The notes: a model not told the origin generated them from the sequence alone. DNA of 64,000 bases from an uncultured Alphaproteobacteria bacterium (GCA_963703875.1 CAVPFZ010000016.1:17145-81144), one strand, 5' to 3'; counted from the first letter of the stretch, positions 27,087-38,203 are shown. Made by a program: numbers and translations.

Positions 27087-27114
27087 ATGTCGCGGGCGGG
27101 GGCGACCAGGTTCA
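27087..27114 (-). promoter_or_regulatory. Candidate ECF autoregulatory promoter
   Basis: Minus strand TGAACC, 16 nt, CGACAT just upstream of the sigma ATG. Confidence 0.35.
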
Positions 27115-27267
27115 AAGGGAACTCGCAGTTTCCTCTTTTCCGCCCTCTTTCCGCAAGCTAAAGCGAGGCAAATGGCTATTTTCCTCTCCCTTTTGGCTAA
27201 AATTCCGTGGCGGCTGTGACGTTTTTGCTAATCTGAATGCCAATAAGAGGGTCAAGGAGGCACGTAC

Positions 27268-28158
27268 GTGCTTGAGGGCTTCAAGCGTAGCGAGATCAAG
27301 ACCAGCGGCGCGCGCATCGTGACCGTCACCGGCGGCAGCGGGCCGCCGCTGCTGCTGATGCACGGCAATCCGTTCACGCATCTGTCGTGGCTCAAGGTCG
27401 CGCCTGCGCTGGCGCGCGAATTCACCGTGGTCTGCACGGACTTGCGCGGCTACGGCGACAGCGAAAAGCCGCCCGGCGGCGACGACCATGCCGGCTATTC
27501 GTTCCGCGCCATGGCGCAGGACCAGGTCGAGGTGATGGCGGCGCTCGGATTTGACGAATTTTACGCCGCCGGACATGACCGAGGGGCACGTGTACTGCAT
27601 CGCATGTGCCTTGATCACCCCGCATCCGTGACCCGCGCTGCGATCATGGACATTATCCCGCAGCATCATTTGTACAACAACATCAATATGCAGTGGGCGA
27701 CGTTCTCCTGGCATTGGTTTTTCAACATCCAACCCGCGCCACTGCCGGAAAAAATGATGGGGGCCAACCCTGATTGGTTCATCGAGAAGAAATTGGCAAA
27801 AACAAAACAAGGTCTGAGTTTCTTCGATCCGGGGGCGCTTGCCGAATACAAGCGCTGTTTCCGCAATCCGGAAACCATCCACGCCATCTGTGAAGACTAC
27901 CGTGCCGCGGCCAGCATCGATCTTGCCATGGACACCAGGGATTTCGATGCCGGGCGGAAGGTCGAATGTCCGGCGCTCATTTTATGGGGTGCGACCGGAG
28001 GGGTGGGACGCAATAGCAAATCCAGCCCCGGCGAGATTTGGCATCGCTACGCATCCAACATCGTTGCCGCCAAAACAGTGCCGAGCGGACATTATCTGTC
28101 CGAGGAAGCGCCGGCCGAAACCATCGCAGCGCTGCGGGAATTCTTCGCTGCCGAATAA
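27268..28158 (+). CDS. Alpha/beta hydrolase, fluoroacetate/haloacetate dehalogenase family
   Basis: LMHGNP, DLRGYGDS, GHDRGARV, WHWFF, CEDYRA, GHY. Confidence 0.85.
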   Translation: MLEGFKRSEIKTSGARIVTVTGGSGPPLLLMHGNPFTHLSWLKVAPALAREFTVVCTDLRGYGDSEKPPGGDDHAGYSFRAMAQDQVEVMAALGFDEFYAAGHDRGARVLHRMCLDHPASVTRAAIMDIIPQHHLYNNINMQWATFSWHWFFNIQPAPLPEKMMGANPDWFIEKKLAKTKQGLSFFDPGALAEYKRCFRNPETIHAICEDYRAAASIDLAMDTRDFDAGRKVECPALILWGATGGVGRNSKSSPGEIWHRYASNIVAAKTVPSGHYLSEEAPAETIAALREFFAAE

Positions 28159-28171
28159 GCCGAGCGGCTTA

Positions 28172-29215
28172 CTACGCCGCTGTCGGCGCCGGAGCGGCCA
28201 GGAAGTTGTGCATGGCGTAATGGAGCAGATGCCGGTTTTTGCTGTAGCCCGCGCTGTGCGCGATCTGCGGCAGAATGACGAACTGGCGGTCGCCGTTCGG
28301 CAATTGACGATAGAAGTCGAGCAGATCGTCATTGGTCGAGTTGCCGTCGAACTCGCCGCGCAGCATTAGCACAGGCGATAGCACTTTCTTGGGATCGACG
28401 ATCGGCAAGTTCGCCGCCATGTCGAGATAGGTGCCGCTCGGCACTTGATCGCCAAATTTCATCTCATCGGCGATCAGCGCGTCGACCATCGCCGGGTCGT
28501 AGAACGAAGGGTGTCCGTCGCGTGTAAAGATTGAGCGGATCATCGCGGCGTCGCGCTTGCGGCGCGGGCTGGCGCGCAGCGTGTCGATTTTCTTGCGCCG
28601 CCGCTCGATCTCGGCCGCGCCGTTGCCCTTGTAGGTAAAGGCACAGAGTATCAGCCGGCCTACATGCTCGGGCTGCACCTGGGCATAGGCCGCGGCGCGG
28701 ATGCCGCCCGATGAGGTGCCGTAGAAATGCGCCTTTTGCTGTCCGGTCTCCTTTGTCACGACCGGCATCGCGGCCTTGATGTCCTCGACGCTGCTGGCGA
28801 TGTCGGAATTGTTGCCTGATGAACCGGAGTAGCCGTAGCCGTCATGGTCCATGGTCCAGACGTCATAGCCGTAACGCGCCAGCACGTTCATGAGCGAATA
28901 TTCGGGTTTGCCGGGCACGGTAAGGTCGTAGGACGAGCGCGCAGAGTTCGACGATCCGTGCACCAGGAACACGACAGGCAGAGGCGTTTCGCCGGACTTG
29001 GGCGCGCCGATGCGTTTGCGCCAAAGATTGAGCTTCACGTCGCCCTTCTTCGCCCAGTACTCTTGGTGCCAGATATCGCCACCGGCCGGCGCCGCTTGCG
29101 CCTGCGCGGCGGTCGAAAAGCCCGAGAGCAGGCCGGCGCCAATGCCGATACCGGCGACAATACCGGTGCCTTGCAGCACCGTACGGCGGGGCAAAGAACG
29201 ATCGATATCGCTCAT
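28172..29215 (-). CDS. Alpha/beta hydrolase with twin-arginine-like leader
   Basis: RRTVLQG leader; VHGSS, DHDGYG, GTSSG nucleophile elbow. Confidence 0.85.
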   Translation of the reverse strand: MSDIDRSLPRRTVLQGTGIVAGIGIGAGLLSGFSTAAQAQAAPAGGDIWHQEYWAKKGDVKLNLWRKRIGAPKSGETPLPVVFLVHGSSNSARSSYDLTVPGKPEYSLMNVLARYGYDVWTMDHDGYGYSGSSGNNSDIASSVEDIKAAMPVVTKETGQQKAHFYGTSSGGIRAAAYAQVQPEHVGRLILCAFTYKGNGAAEIERRRKKIDTLRASPRRKRDAAMIRSIFTRDGHPSFYDPAMVDALIADEMKFGDQVPSGTYLDMAANLPIVDPKKVLSPVLMLRGEFDGNSTNDDLLDFYRQLPNGDRQFVILPQIAHSAGYSKNRHLLHYAMHNFLAAPAPTAA

Positions 29216-29442
29216 GGAGTCACTCCGTAGAGGCTATGGTTCCATCCGTAGCGGTCCGACTTCGCGACGCGGCGGCCATTTACCGTGCAAGCTACCAGAT
29301 CGTAGGGCATGGCGGCAGTACACTCGCGCCCGGGTGTGTGTTCTGCTACGGGGGTTGCATAGCGCGCTGTCGGGGCGTGAGGCGTTATAAGAAATCTAAT
29401 TCTCGGATAAACCGGGGACCGTGACGCCGAGGCGGAGGAAGA

Positions 29443-30507
29443 ATGTTCAATTGGCTGCGCGCGGGGGCGCGATTTTTCCAGAACACGATCGGCTGGAATC
29501 GGATCGGCGTGTTGCTCAGCCTGACCATCATCACCGTGGCGGTTGTGGTGCTGATTCACATGCTGCACGACACCGACGTCGACGAGGTGATCGCGGCGCT
29601 GAAGGCGACGGATAAACGCCATATCGCCGCCGCCGCCGCTTTCGTCGCGGCCGGCTATTTCACGCTTACATTTTACGACCTGTTTGCGTTGCGCACGATT
29701 GGCCGCAACGAGATTCCCTATCGGATCGCGGCGCTGTCCGGATTCACCAGCTACTCGATCGGTCACAACATCGGCGCTACCGTGTTTTCCGGCGGCGCTG
29801 TGCGTTACCGCATTTATTCGGCCTATGGCCTCGACGCCATCGAGGTGGCGAAGATCTGCTTCGTGGCCGGCCTGACTTTCTGGCTCGGCAACGCGACTGT
29901 GCTGGGTCTCGGTGTCGCGCACACGCCGCAGGCGCTGGGATTGCTCGACCGGCTTCCGGACTGGGTGAACCGGTGTCTGGCCGGTGCAAGCCTGCTGATC
30001 CTTGCATCTTATCTGGGCTGGGTCTGGAGCGCCCCGCGCCAAATCGGGCGCGGGGAATGGCAAGTTAATTTGCCGAGCGGGCCGTCGACGTTGCTGCAAA
30101 TCGCTATCGGCATTCTCGATCTCGTCTGCTGCGCGCTTGCCATGTACATGTTGTTGCCGAGCGGGCCGAACATCGGTTTTGTGACGCTGGCGGTGGTGTT
30201 TGTGTCGGCAACCATGCTTGGCTTTGCGAGCCACGCGCCCGGCGGCATCGGTGTCTTTGACGCCGCCATGCTGGTGGCATTGTGGCAATTCGACAAGGAG
30301 GATTTGCTGGCGGGACTGCTCTTGTTTCGGCTGCTTTATTATTTCGTGCCCTTCGTTATCGCGCTGACCATTTTGGGCACGCGCGAAATCGTGCTCAACA
30401 TGGGCGGATCGCGGGCCGAGGGAAAGCCGAAAGCGGTGAAGGCGAGCGCGCCGATACGCAGCGAGATAGAGACTACGAAAACCAGTAAGAAAACCGGCGC
30501 CGACTAA
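29443..30507 (+). CDS. Lysylphosphatidylglycerol synthase TM (UPF0104/MprF flippase-like) protein
   Basis: LTFYDLFAL, SGGAVRYRIYS, APGGIGVFD, LFRLLYY; no transferase domain. Confidence 0.85.
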   Translation: MFNWLRAGARFFQNTIGWNRIGVLLSLTIITVAVVVLIHMLHDTDVDEVIAALKATDKRHIAAAAAFVAAGYFTLTFYDLFALRTIGRNEIPYRIAALSGFTSYSIGHNIGATVFSGGAVRYRIYSAYGLDAIEVAKICFVAGLTFWLGNATVLGLGVAHTPQALGLLDRLPDWVNRCLAGASLLILASYLGWVWSAPRQIGRGEWQVNLPSGPSTLLQIAIGILDLVCCALAMYMLLPSGPNIGFVTLAVVFVSATMLGFASHAPGGIGVFDAAMLVALWQFDKEDLLAGLLLFRLLYYFVPFVIALTILGTREIVLNMGGSRAEGKPKAVKASAPIRSEIETTKTSKKTGAD

Positions 30508-30509
30508 TC

Positions 30510-31736
30510 ATGGCGAGCGAAGACAACAGTGCAAATCTGCCGCGCGGCGCGGATTGGCCAAGCCGTCTTCGCGGGGCGTGGCTTGCGTTGCTTGGCAGGC
30601 TCGGCGCGGACCCGAATATCGGCCGGATGTTGCCAATCAGCAGCCCCTCTGTGCATCCGCAGGCGTCGCTGATCGAATCGCTGATCGGCGGATTGCCCGG
30701 ACCGGCAATTGTGCTCGACCGCGACGGCCGCGTCGTTACCTTTAATGCGGCTGCTGCTGCGATTGCGCCGTCGCTGCGCAGCGGCGAAGCGGCCTTGATC
30801 ACGTTGCGCATGCCCGAATTGGTCGACGCCATCCGGCGCGCAGCCACAAGCTGGACACCGCAACGGGTTGAGTTTTTTGAGCGCGTACCGCTCGATCGTT
30901 GGTTCGAAGCCTTTGTGACGCCGGTCAGATTGGCGAATGTAGGCAGCGCGCTTTCCGACATCCTGCTGATGACGTTCAACGATCTCACCCCGCTGCGCCG
31001 GGTTGAAGAGATGCGCGCCGATTTCATCGCTAATGCCAGCCATGAACTGCGCACGCCGCTGGCGGCGTTGCTCGGATTCATCGAGACGTTGCAGGGGCCG
31101 GCCAGGAGCGATCCGGCTGCGCGCGAAAAATTTCTAGCAATCATGCAGGGTCAGGCTACCCGCATGGCCCGATTGATCGACGATCTGCTCTCGCTCTCGC
31201 GCATCGAGCTCAACGCGCATTTGCATCCGAACACGCCGCTCGATCTGGCGCCGGTGGTGAAGCAGGTGGCCGACGGTTTGCAAACGCTGGCGCGCGATCG
31301 CGACGTCGCGATCAAAGTTGCCGCATCGTCAGACCGGTTGATCGTGCTGGGCGACCGCGACGAATTGATCCGCGCGCTCGAGAACCTGGTGGAGAACGCG
31401 CTCAAATATGGCGCCGCCGGCAAGCGGGTGGATATCACGCTGGCGCGCAGCCAGACCCGCGGCGGTGCCCCCGAGGCCCGCCTGGCGGTGCGCGACTACG
31501 GGCCGGGCATCGCCCCTGAGCATCTGCCGCGGCTGACCGAAAGGTTTTACCGGGTCGATGTCGCCGACAGCCGGGCGCAGGGCGGTACCGGATTGGGCTT
31601 GGCGCTGGTCAAGCACGTACTCAACCACCATGGCGGCCGCTTGAGCATCGACAGCACGCCGGGCGAGGGCGCCACCTTCATCATGCACCTGCCTTTACCC
31701 ACCGGCGATTCGGCGCCAGCGGAAGATTTTTCATAA
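30510..31736 (+). CDS. phoR: Phosphate regulon sensor histidine kinase
   Basis: PAS, DFIANASHELRTP, N box, FYRVD..SR..GGTGLGLA; context with pst-phoUB. Confidence 0.85.
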   Translation: MASEDNSANLPRGADWPSRLRGAWLALLGRLGADPNIGRMLPISSPSVHPQASLIESLIGGLPGPAIVLDRDGRVVTFNAAAAAIAPSLRSGEAALITLRMPELVDAIRRAATSWTPQRVEFFERVPLDRWFEAFVTPVRLANVGSALSDILLMTFNDLTPLRRVEEMRADFIANASHELRTPLAALLGFIETLQGPARSDPAAREKFLAIMQGQATRMARLIDDLLSLSRIELNAHLHPNTPLDLAPVVKQVADGLQTLARDRDVAIKVAASSDRLIVLGDRDELIRALENLVENALKYGAAGKRVDITLARSQTRGGAPEARLAVRDYGPGIAPEHLPRLTERFYRVDVADSRAQGGTGLGLALVKHVLNHHGGRLSIDSTPGEGATFIMHLPLPTGDSAPAEDFS

Positions 31737-31752
31737 AAATCAGTCGGTTATC

Positions 31753-31770
31753 TTGTCATGTGACTGTCAC
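31753..31770 (+). promoter_or_regulatory. Pho box upstream of pstS
   Basis: TTGTCAT-gtga-CTGTCAC, 11-bp periodic direct repeat. Confidence 0.8.
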
Positions 31771-31978
31771 CCAACCTTTATAGAACGGTGACATGCGACG
31801 CCTAAGGCTGACCACGACTTCGGAACTCCTCGATCCAACAAGCAGAAAACCCAGTCCGAAGCTCAGTCTTGGAGCGCGTCTTAAAGCAACAGCGGCCGCC
31901 CGGACCAAGGGCGCGAAGGTGGAGACTGCGGGCGCCAAGGCCCGCGGATGCCTTTGGCCGCAAACATGGAGAGAACCC

Positions 31979-33016
31979 GTGAAACACTGGACGACATTGG
32001 CAGCCGCTGGTTTCATTGCCGCCGCTGCATTCGTTCCGGCCAACGCCGCCGACATTTCCGGCGCCGGTGCCACATTTCCCTATCCGATCTATGCCAAGTG
32101 GGCCGACGCCTATAAGAAGGAAACCGGCAATGGGCTGAACTATCAGTCGATCGGTTCCGGCGGCGGCATCAAGCAGATCAAAGCCAAGACCGTGACCTTC
32201 GGCGCGTCCGACGCGCCGCTTCCCGGCAAGGAGCTTGACGAAGTCGGTCTCGCTCAGTTCCCGATGGTGATGGGCGGCATCGTGCCCGTGGTCAATCTCG
32301 ACGGCATCAAGGCCGGCGATCTGACCATCGACGGCGCGACGCTCGCCAAGATCTTCATGGGCGACATCAAGAAGTGGAACGATCCGGCGATCCAGAAGCT
32401 CAATCCCGGCGCCAAGCTGCCGGACCAGGCGATCGCCGTCGTGCATCGTTCGGACGGTTCGGGCACCACGTTCAACTTCGCCACTTATCTGTCGGACGTC
32501 AGTGCCGACTGGAAGTCGAAGGTCGGCGCCAATACCTCGGTGCAGTGGCCGGTCGGCATCGGCGCCAAGGGTAACGAAGGTGTCGCCAACAATGTCGGCA
32601 ACACCAAGGGTTCGGTCGGCTACGTCGAGTATGCCTATGCCCTGCAGAACAAGCTGACCTTCACCAAGATGATCAACAAGGCCGGCAAAACCGTCGCGCC
32701 GACCTCGGAAGCGTTCCAGGCCGCGGCGGCCAACGCCAACTGGAAATCGCAGCCCGGTTACGGCGTGATCCTCGCCAACCAGCCCGGCGACCAGTCCTGG
32801 CCGATGACGGCGGCGACCTGGATTCTGGTCTACAAGCACCCGGTCGATCCGGCGGCCACCGGCGAAGCGCTGAAATTCTTCGCCTGGGCATACAAGAACG
32901 GCGCCAAGATGGCCGAGAGCCTCGACTACGTGCCGATGCCGGCGAACGTTGCCGCCGACGTCGAGAAGTACTGGAAGGCCGAAGTCAAGGACTCGTCCGG
33001 CAAGCCGGTGTTCTGA
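31979..33016 (+). CDS. pstS: Phosphate ABC transporter substrate-binding protein
   Basis: [32 protein letters not shown]-like motif; GTG start after GGAG. Confidence 0.97.
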   Translation: MKHWTTLAAAGFIAAAAFVPANAADISGAGATFPYPIYAKWADAYKKETGNGLNYQSIGSGGGIKQIKAKTVTFGASDAPLPGKELDEVGLAQFPMVMGGIVPVVNLDGIKAGDLTIDGATLAKIFMGDIKKWNDPAIQKLNPGAKLPDQAIAVVHRSDGSGTTFNFATYLSDVSADWKSKVGANTSVQWPVGIGAKGNEGVANNVGNTKGSVGYVEYAYALQNKLTFTKMINKAGKTVAPTSEAFQAAAANANWKSQPGYGVILANQPGDQSWPMTAATWILVYKHPVDPAATGEALKFFAWAYKNGAKMAESLDYVPMPANVAADVEKYWKAEVKDSSGKPVF

Positions 33017-33029
33017 TCCGACGACTATG

Positions 33030-33070
33030 GGAAAGGGCGCCGGCAACTCGGTCTGTTTGGCGCCCTTTCC
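33030..33070 (+). terminator. 12-bp stem-loop between pstS and pstC (stabiliser/partial terminator)
   Basis: GGAAAGGGCGCC...GGCGCCCTTTCC. Confidence 0.6.
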
Positions 33071-33189
33071 TTGTCCACCGCCGCTCACAAGGCGGCTTGT
33101 CATGTGGCCAGTGGACCGCTTGAGTGGCTCTCCCGGATATGCGCTTGAGCCAATGGGAGAGCTGAATGCAACCCGCCGGGAGGCGACCC

Positions 33190-34185
33190 GTGGTTGACGT
33201 TGCGTTGCAAGGCAATGGCATTTTGGTCGCCGAGCAGGTCGATCGCGCCAAGGTTCTTGGGCGGCTGCGCCTGGGTGACGCGGCGTTCCGCAATTTGACC
33301 CGCGCCGCTGCCATTACCGTTCTTGTCATCCTTGGCGGTATCATCGTCTCGCTGGTCTATGGTTCGCTGCCGGCGCTGCATACCTTCGGCTTCCGGTTCC
33401 TGGTCGATGAGACCTGGAACCCGGTCACCGAGAAATTCGGCGCTATTGCGCCGATCTACGGCACCATCGTCACCTCCATCATTGCCATGCTGATCGCGGT
33501 GCCGGTCGGCCTGTTCATCGCGCTGTTTCTGACCGAACTGTGCCCGATGTGGCTGCGCCGTCCGATCGGCATCGCCATCGAGTTGCTCGCCGGCATTCCC
33601 AGCATCATCTACGGCATCTGGGGACTATTCGTGTTCGCGCCGTTTCTGCAGCAATACGTGCAGCCGTTCCTGATCACGATATTCGGCCACGTACCGGTAC
33701 TTTCAACTCTGTTCGAAGGTCCGCCCTATGGCATCGGCATCCTGACCGCCGGCCTGATCCTGGCCATCATGGTCTTGCCGTTCATCACGTCGATCTCGCG
33801 CGACGTATTCGAGGCGGTGCCGCCGGTGCTCAAGGAGGCGGCCTATGGGCTGGGCTGCACGACCTGGGAAGTGGCGCGCTATGTCGTTCTGCCGTTTACC
33901 CGCGTCGGCGTCATCGGCGGGGTCATGCTGGGTCTTGGCCGGGCGCTGGGAGAAACCATGGCGGTGACTTTCGTCATCGGTAACGCGCACCGCATTTCCG
34001 CTTCCATCTTGGCGCCGGGCACGACGATTTCGGCCACCATCGCCAACGAATTCACCGAAGCCGTTGGCGATCTCTATACCTCGTCCTTGATCGCGCTCGG
34101 TCTCATCCTGTTCGTGATCACGTTCATCGTGCTCGCCCTTGCTCGCTTGATGCTCATGCGGCTCAACGCACGGATCGGAGCCTGA
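33190..34185 (+). CDS. pstC: Phosphate ABC transporter permease
   Basis: [22 protein letters not shown]; GTG after GGAGG. Confidence 0.97.
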   Translation: MVDVALQGNGILVAEQVDRAKVLGRLRLGDAAFRNLTRAAAITVLVILGGIIVSLVYGSLPALHTFGFRFLVDETWNPVTEKFGAIAPIYGTIVTSIIAMLIAVPVGLFIALFLTELCPMWLRRPIGIAIELLAGIPSIIYGIWGLFVFAPFLQQYVQPFLITIFGHVPVLSTLFEGPPYGIGILTAGLILAIMVLPFITSISRDVFEAVPPVLKEAAYGLGCTTWEVARYVVLPFTRVGVIGGVMLGLGRALGETMAVTFVIGNAHRISASILAPGTTISATIANEFTEAVGDLYTSSLIALGLILFVITFIVLALARLMLMRLNARIGA

Positions 34186-34187
34186 GC

Positions 34188-35051
34188 ATGGTCATGATTT
34201 CAGGCGCCTCAAGCCCGCTCTACGCCAGCCGCCGCCGCCGCAACGTCATCACGATGGGACTGTCCTTCGGCGCGACCGCGTTCGGCCTGAGTTGGCTGGT
34301 GCTGATCCTGGCCGTGCTATTGTGGGAAGGCTTCAGCGGCCTATCGCTTGCGGTCTTCACCGAGATGACCCCGCCGCCGGGCTCCGCGGGCGGGTTGCTC
34401 AATCCGATTGTCGGCAGCCTGGTCATGACGGTGATCGCGGTGGCGCTGGGAACGCCGCTCGGCATGTTGGCCGGCACCTATATGGCGGAGTACGGCCGCT
34501 ACGACAAATTGACCATGGTGGTGCGCTTCATCAACGACATTCTGCTTAGCGCGCCTTCGATCGTGGTCGGACTATTCGTCTACGAAATCATGGTCGCGCA
34601 GATGGGGCATTTTTCCGGCTGGGCCGGCGCGGTCTCGCTAGCCGTGATCGTGGTGCCGGTTGTGGTACGCACCACCGAGGACATGCTCACGCTGGTGCCT
34701 GATACTTTGCGCGAGGCCGCCGCCTCGATCGGCCTACCACGCGCGCTGATGATCACCAAAGTAGCCTATCGCGCGGCGCGGGCCGGCATGATCACCGGTG
34801 TGCTGCTGGCGGTCGCGCGTATCAGCGGCGAAACCGCGCCCCTGCTGTTCACCTCGCTCAATAATCAGTTCTGGAGTCTCAATTTCAATCAACCGGTTTC
34901 GAGCCTGCCGGTTGTCATCTTCCAGTTTGCGCTCAGTCCCTATAAGGACTGGCAGAAACTGGCCTGGACAGGCGCGCTGATCATCACTCTCGCAGTGCTC
35001 ACTTTGAGCATCATCGCCCGGATCCTCACGGCACAGAGAAAATCATCATGA
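34188..35051 (+). CDS. pstA: Phosphate ABC transporter permease
   Basis: [20 protein letters not shown]. Confidence 0.96.
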   Translation: MVMISGASSPLYASRRRRNVITMGLSFGATAFGLSWLVLILAVLLWEGFSGLSLAVFTEMTPPPGSAGGLLNPIVGSLVMTVIAVALGTPLGMLAGTYMAEYGRYDKLTMVVRFINDILLSAPSIVVGLFVYEIMVAQMGHFSGWAGAVSLAVIVVPVVVRTTEDMLTLVPDTLREAAASIGLPRALMITKVAYRAARAGMITGVLLAVARISGETAPLLFTSLNNQFWSLNFNQPVSSLPVVIFQFALSPYKDWQKLAWTGALIITLAVLTLSIIARILTAQRKSS

Positions 35052-35863
35052 GTGTTGCAACGTTCACGGTCCCGACCGTTACCCACGCCGCGACCAACAT
35101 CGACGGCCTGCAGGAAAAGATATCGATCCGGGACCTCGATTTCTTTTATGGCGATCATCGCGCCCTGAAGAGCATCAACTGTTCGCTGTACCAGGGCAAG
35201 GTGACCGCGTTCATCGGCCCGTCCGGCTGCGGCAAGTCCACGCTGCTGCGCATCCTCAACCGCATGTACGATCTTTATCCAAATCAGCGCGCCACCGGAC
35301 AGGTCCGACTCGACGACGAGGACATCCTGGCGCCCTCGCAGGATCTCAATCTGTTGCGCGCCAAGGTCGGCATGGTTTTCCAGAAGCCGACGCCGTTCCC
35401 GATGACGATTTTCGAGAATATCGCCTTCGGAATCAGACTGTATGAACGGCTGCCGAAATCCGACCTGGAAGGCCGTGTGCAACATGCCCTGCAGCGCGCC
35501 GCCCTATGGGAAGAGGTCAAGGATAAGCTCAATGCCAACGGGCTTTCGTTATCCGGCGGTCAGCAGCAACGGCTGTGTATTGCCCGCACCGTTGCGGTGC
35601 GCCCGGAGGTGATCTTGTTCGACGAGCCGTGCTCGGCGCTCGACCCGATCTCGACCGCCAAGATCGAGGAATTGATCGACGAGCTCAAGGACGACTACAC
35701 GATCGCCATCGTCACCCACAACATGCAGCAGGCCGCACGCGTATCCGACTTCACGGCCTTTATGTATCTCGGCGAGCTGATCGAATACGGCGACACGTCG
35801 CACATGTTTACGACACCTAACGATCGCCGCACTCAGGACTATATAACCGGTCGCTTCGGCTAG
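35048..35863 (+). CDS. pstB: Phosphate ABC transporter ATP-binding protein
   Basis: [32 protein letters not shown]. Confidence 0.98.
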   Translation: MSVATFTVPTVTHAATNIDGLQEKISIRDLDFFYGDHRALKSINCSLYQGKVTAFIGPSGCGKSTLLRILNRMYDLYPNQRATGQVRLDDEDILAPSQDLNLLRAKVGMVFQKPTPFPMTIFENIAFGIRLYERLPKSDLEGRVQHALQRAALWEEVKDKLNANGLSLSGGQQQRLCIARTVAVRPEVILFDEPCSALDPISTAKIEELIDELKDDYTIAIVTHNMQQAARVSDFTAFMYLGELIEYGDTSHMFTTPNDRRTQDYITGRFG

Positions 35864-35893
35864 TCGCGTGACTGCGACTGAAGGACAACAACA

Positions 35894-36616
35894 ATGACTG
35901 ATTTGCACACGGCCAAGGCCTTCGACACCGACCTGCAAGACCTCGGACGCATGGTCGCGGAAATGGGCGGACTTGCCGAGAAGCAAGTCGCCAACTCGGT
36001 CGATGCGCTGGCCAAGCGCGACAACGCGCTGGCGCAACGCGTCACGCAAGCCGACGCCAATATCGACACGTTACAGCGCGAGATCGAGGAAAAATCGGTC
36101 CTCACCATCGCCCGCCGGCAGCCGATGGCGGTCGATCTGCGCGAAATCGTCGGTGCGCTGCGGATCGCCAACGATCTGGAACGCATCGGCGACCTCGCCA
36201 AGAACATCGCCAAGCGCGTGATCGCGCTCAATGCCGAATTTCCGCCCCCCAAGCTGATCCGCGGCGTCGAACATATGGCTGACATGGTGCTCGGTCAGAT
36301 GAAAGCCGTGCTCGACGCCTATGCCCGCCGCGATGACAGCAAGGCGATGGCGGTATGGCGGGGAGACGAGGAAATCGACGCGGTTTGCACGTCGGTATTC
36401 CGCGAGCTTCTGACCTATATGATGGAAGACCCGCGCAACATTACGTTCTGTATCCATCTGCTGTTCTGCGCCAAGAATATCGAGCGCATGGGCGATCACG
36501 CCACCAACATTGCCGAGACGGTACACTACGTCATCGAAGGTCGACCGATCGCCGATCAACGGCCGAAGGGCGATACCACAACAATCGCGGCACTGCGCTC
36601 AGCCGGCGATAGATAA
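35894..36616 (+). CDS. phoU: Phosphate signalling protein
   Basis: QPMAVDLR, DLERIGD, IERMGDHATNIAE. Confidence 0.97.
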   Translation: MTDLHTAKAFDTDLQDLGRMVAEMGGLAEKQVANSVDALAKRDNALAQRVTQADANIDTLQREIEEKSVLTIARRQPMAVDLREIVGALRIANDLERIGDLAKNIAKRVIALNAEFPPPKLIRGVEHMADMVLGQMKAVLDAYARRDDSKAMAVWRGDEEIDAVCTSVFRELLTYMMEDPRNITFCIHLLFCAKNIERMGDHATNIAETVHYVIEGRPIADQRPKGDTTTIAALRSAGDR

Positions 36617-36630
36617 TGGAGCCAGGCGGT

Positions 36631-37332
36631 ATGAACGCGCGCATCCTGATTGTCGAGGACGAAGAGCCTCTGACCATGCTGTTGCGCTACAACCTCGAAG
36701 CCGAGGGTTACGAGGTCGAGACCGCCGCGCGCGGCGACGATGCCGATACCCGCCTCAAGGAGAGCAGCCCGGATTTAGTGGTGCTCGACTGGATGCTGCC
36801 AGGCCTATCCGGCATCGAACTGTGTCGGCGCTTGCGTGCAAGGCCGGAAACCCGGCAGTTGCCTATCATTATGCTCACCGCCCGCGGCGAAGAGAGCGAA
36901 AAGGTGCGCGGGCTCGCCACTGGAGCTGACGACTACATCGTCAAGCCGTTTTCGGTGCCGGAACTGCTGGCTCGTGTACGCGCGCTATTGCGCCGCGCCA
37001 ATCCCGAGCGGGTGGCGGTGATGCTGAACATCGGCGATCTTGAGCTCGACCGCGAAAAGAAGCGTGTTTCCCGCAACGGTCGCCCGATCGACCTTGGCCC
37101 GACCGAATATCGACTGCTGGAATTCCTGATGGAGCGCCCGGGCCGCGTGTTCTCGCGCGAGCAATTGCTCGACGGCGTCTGGGGCAGCGACATTTATATC
37201 GACGAGCGCACCGTGGACGTTCATGTCGGCCGGCTGCGCAAGGCCATCAACCGCGGCCAGGTGGCCGATCCAATCCGTACCGTGCGCGGGGCTGGTTACG
37301 CGCTCGATGACCGTTTCGGGCGGGCGAGTTGA
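36631..37332 (+). CDS. phoB: Phosphate regulon response regulator
   Basis: LIVEDE, LDWMLP, GADDYIVKPFS, RTVDVHVGRLRK; alternative start 36616. Confidence 0.96.
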   Translation: MNARILIVEDEEPLTMLLRYNLEAEGYEVETAARGDDADTRLKESSPDLVVLDWMLPGLSGIELCRRLRARPETRQLPIIMLTARGEESEKVRGLATGADDYIVKPFSVPELLARVRALLRRANPERVAVMLNIGDLELDREKKRVSRNGRPIDLGPTEYRLLEFLMERPGRVFSREQLLDGVWGSDIYIDERTVDVHVGRLRKAINRGQVADPIRTVRGAGYALDDRFGRAS

Positions 37333-37333
37333 C

Positions 37334-37819
37334 CTAGCCGCGGAAAGGCCGCTTGTCGCGCCGCCGGTCGGTCATAGGCTGGTAGGCGACGCGCGCGTGA
37401 TAGGCGCAATAAGGCTGCTCGTTGGCGTTTTCGCCACCGCAGAAGAAGAATTCTGTGCTGCCCGGATCGCCGATCGGCCAGCGGCAGGTCTTTTCGGTCA
37501 GTTGCAGCAAGGTTTTCCTTTGCTCAATCGGAATCTCGATGAGTTCCGGCTCGGGCTCGATCTCGTATTCGTAAGCCAGCGCTGTATTGCCCCGCATCGA
37601 AGCCCGCGGCACCCGCATCATGCCCGAGGAGCGCGCCTTGCGCGGCCGCGGCGAGGTCGAGGAGGGGCTCTTGGCGCGGCCGGAAAGTCCGAGCCGATGA
37701 ACCTTTCCAATCACCGCATTGCGGGTGATCCCGCCCAGTTCTGCCGCGATCTGGCTGGCGGACAGACCGTCAGCCCACAATTTCTTGAGGAGTTCGACCC
37801 GCTCGTCGGTCCAGCCCAT
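37334..37819 (-). CDS. gcrA: Cell cycle regulator GcrA
   Basis: WTDERVELLKKLW..GLSASQIA...TRNAVIGKVHRL; C-terminal CRWPIGDP...YCAYH; alternative GTG 37840. Confidence 0.95.
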   Translation of the reverse strand: MGWTDERVELLKKLWADGLSASQIAAELGGITRNAVIGKVHRLGLSGRAKSPSSTSPRPRKARSSGMMRVPRASMRGNTALAYEYEIEPEPELIEIPIEQRKTLLQLTEKTCRWPIGDPGSTEFFFCGGENANEQPYCAYHARVAYQPMTDRRRDKRPFRG

Positions 37820-38137
37820 CGGTTTCCCCTTAACAGTCACGCCGTTCCAATACTTGGAACGAAGCTAACTTCTTATTTTCGCGGGGCTTTTGGCCCCAGA
37901 TAGAATCCCACCCCGATGTCCGACGCGGTTTCGTGCGCCCGACCCCTTACGCTTCAGGGATGAACTAGATAACGCTTGATAGCACGAGATGTCGTACTAG
38001 CTATCCAAAACGCTACAATATGGAGTGACTCAGGTGCAAGCGTTTGCAACCCCTCGTGCCCAGCTACCAACAGTTTTCCTTTAGAATCGGCACTTGCGGC
38101 GATTTTGAGTCCGCCGGCGGCGCTCCCGTCCGGCGTG

Positions 38138-38203
38138 TTGACAGCGCAAGGCCCTGCAATAGAATGAAAAAAGTGCCGCCCGGCGAGGCGGCACATTTCT
38201 TTT
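38138..38203 (+). promoter_or_regulatory. Sigma70-like promoter and GC hairpin upstream of argD
   Basis: TTGACA (38138), 16 nt, TAGAAT (38160); GTGCCGCC-cggcga-GGCGGCAC flanked by A-run and T-rich run. Confidence 0.5.

Noticed and set aside
33097-33115. TTGTCAT between pstS and pstC as a second Pho box
   Set aside because: No second half-site at 11-bp spacing
37820-37900. CtrA box upstream of gcrA
   Set aside because: Only TTAAC/CTAAC half-site-like words; no TTAA-N7-TTAA
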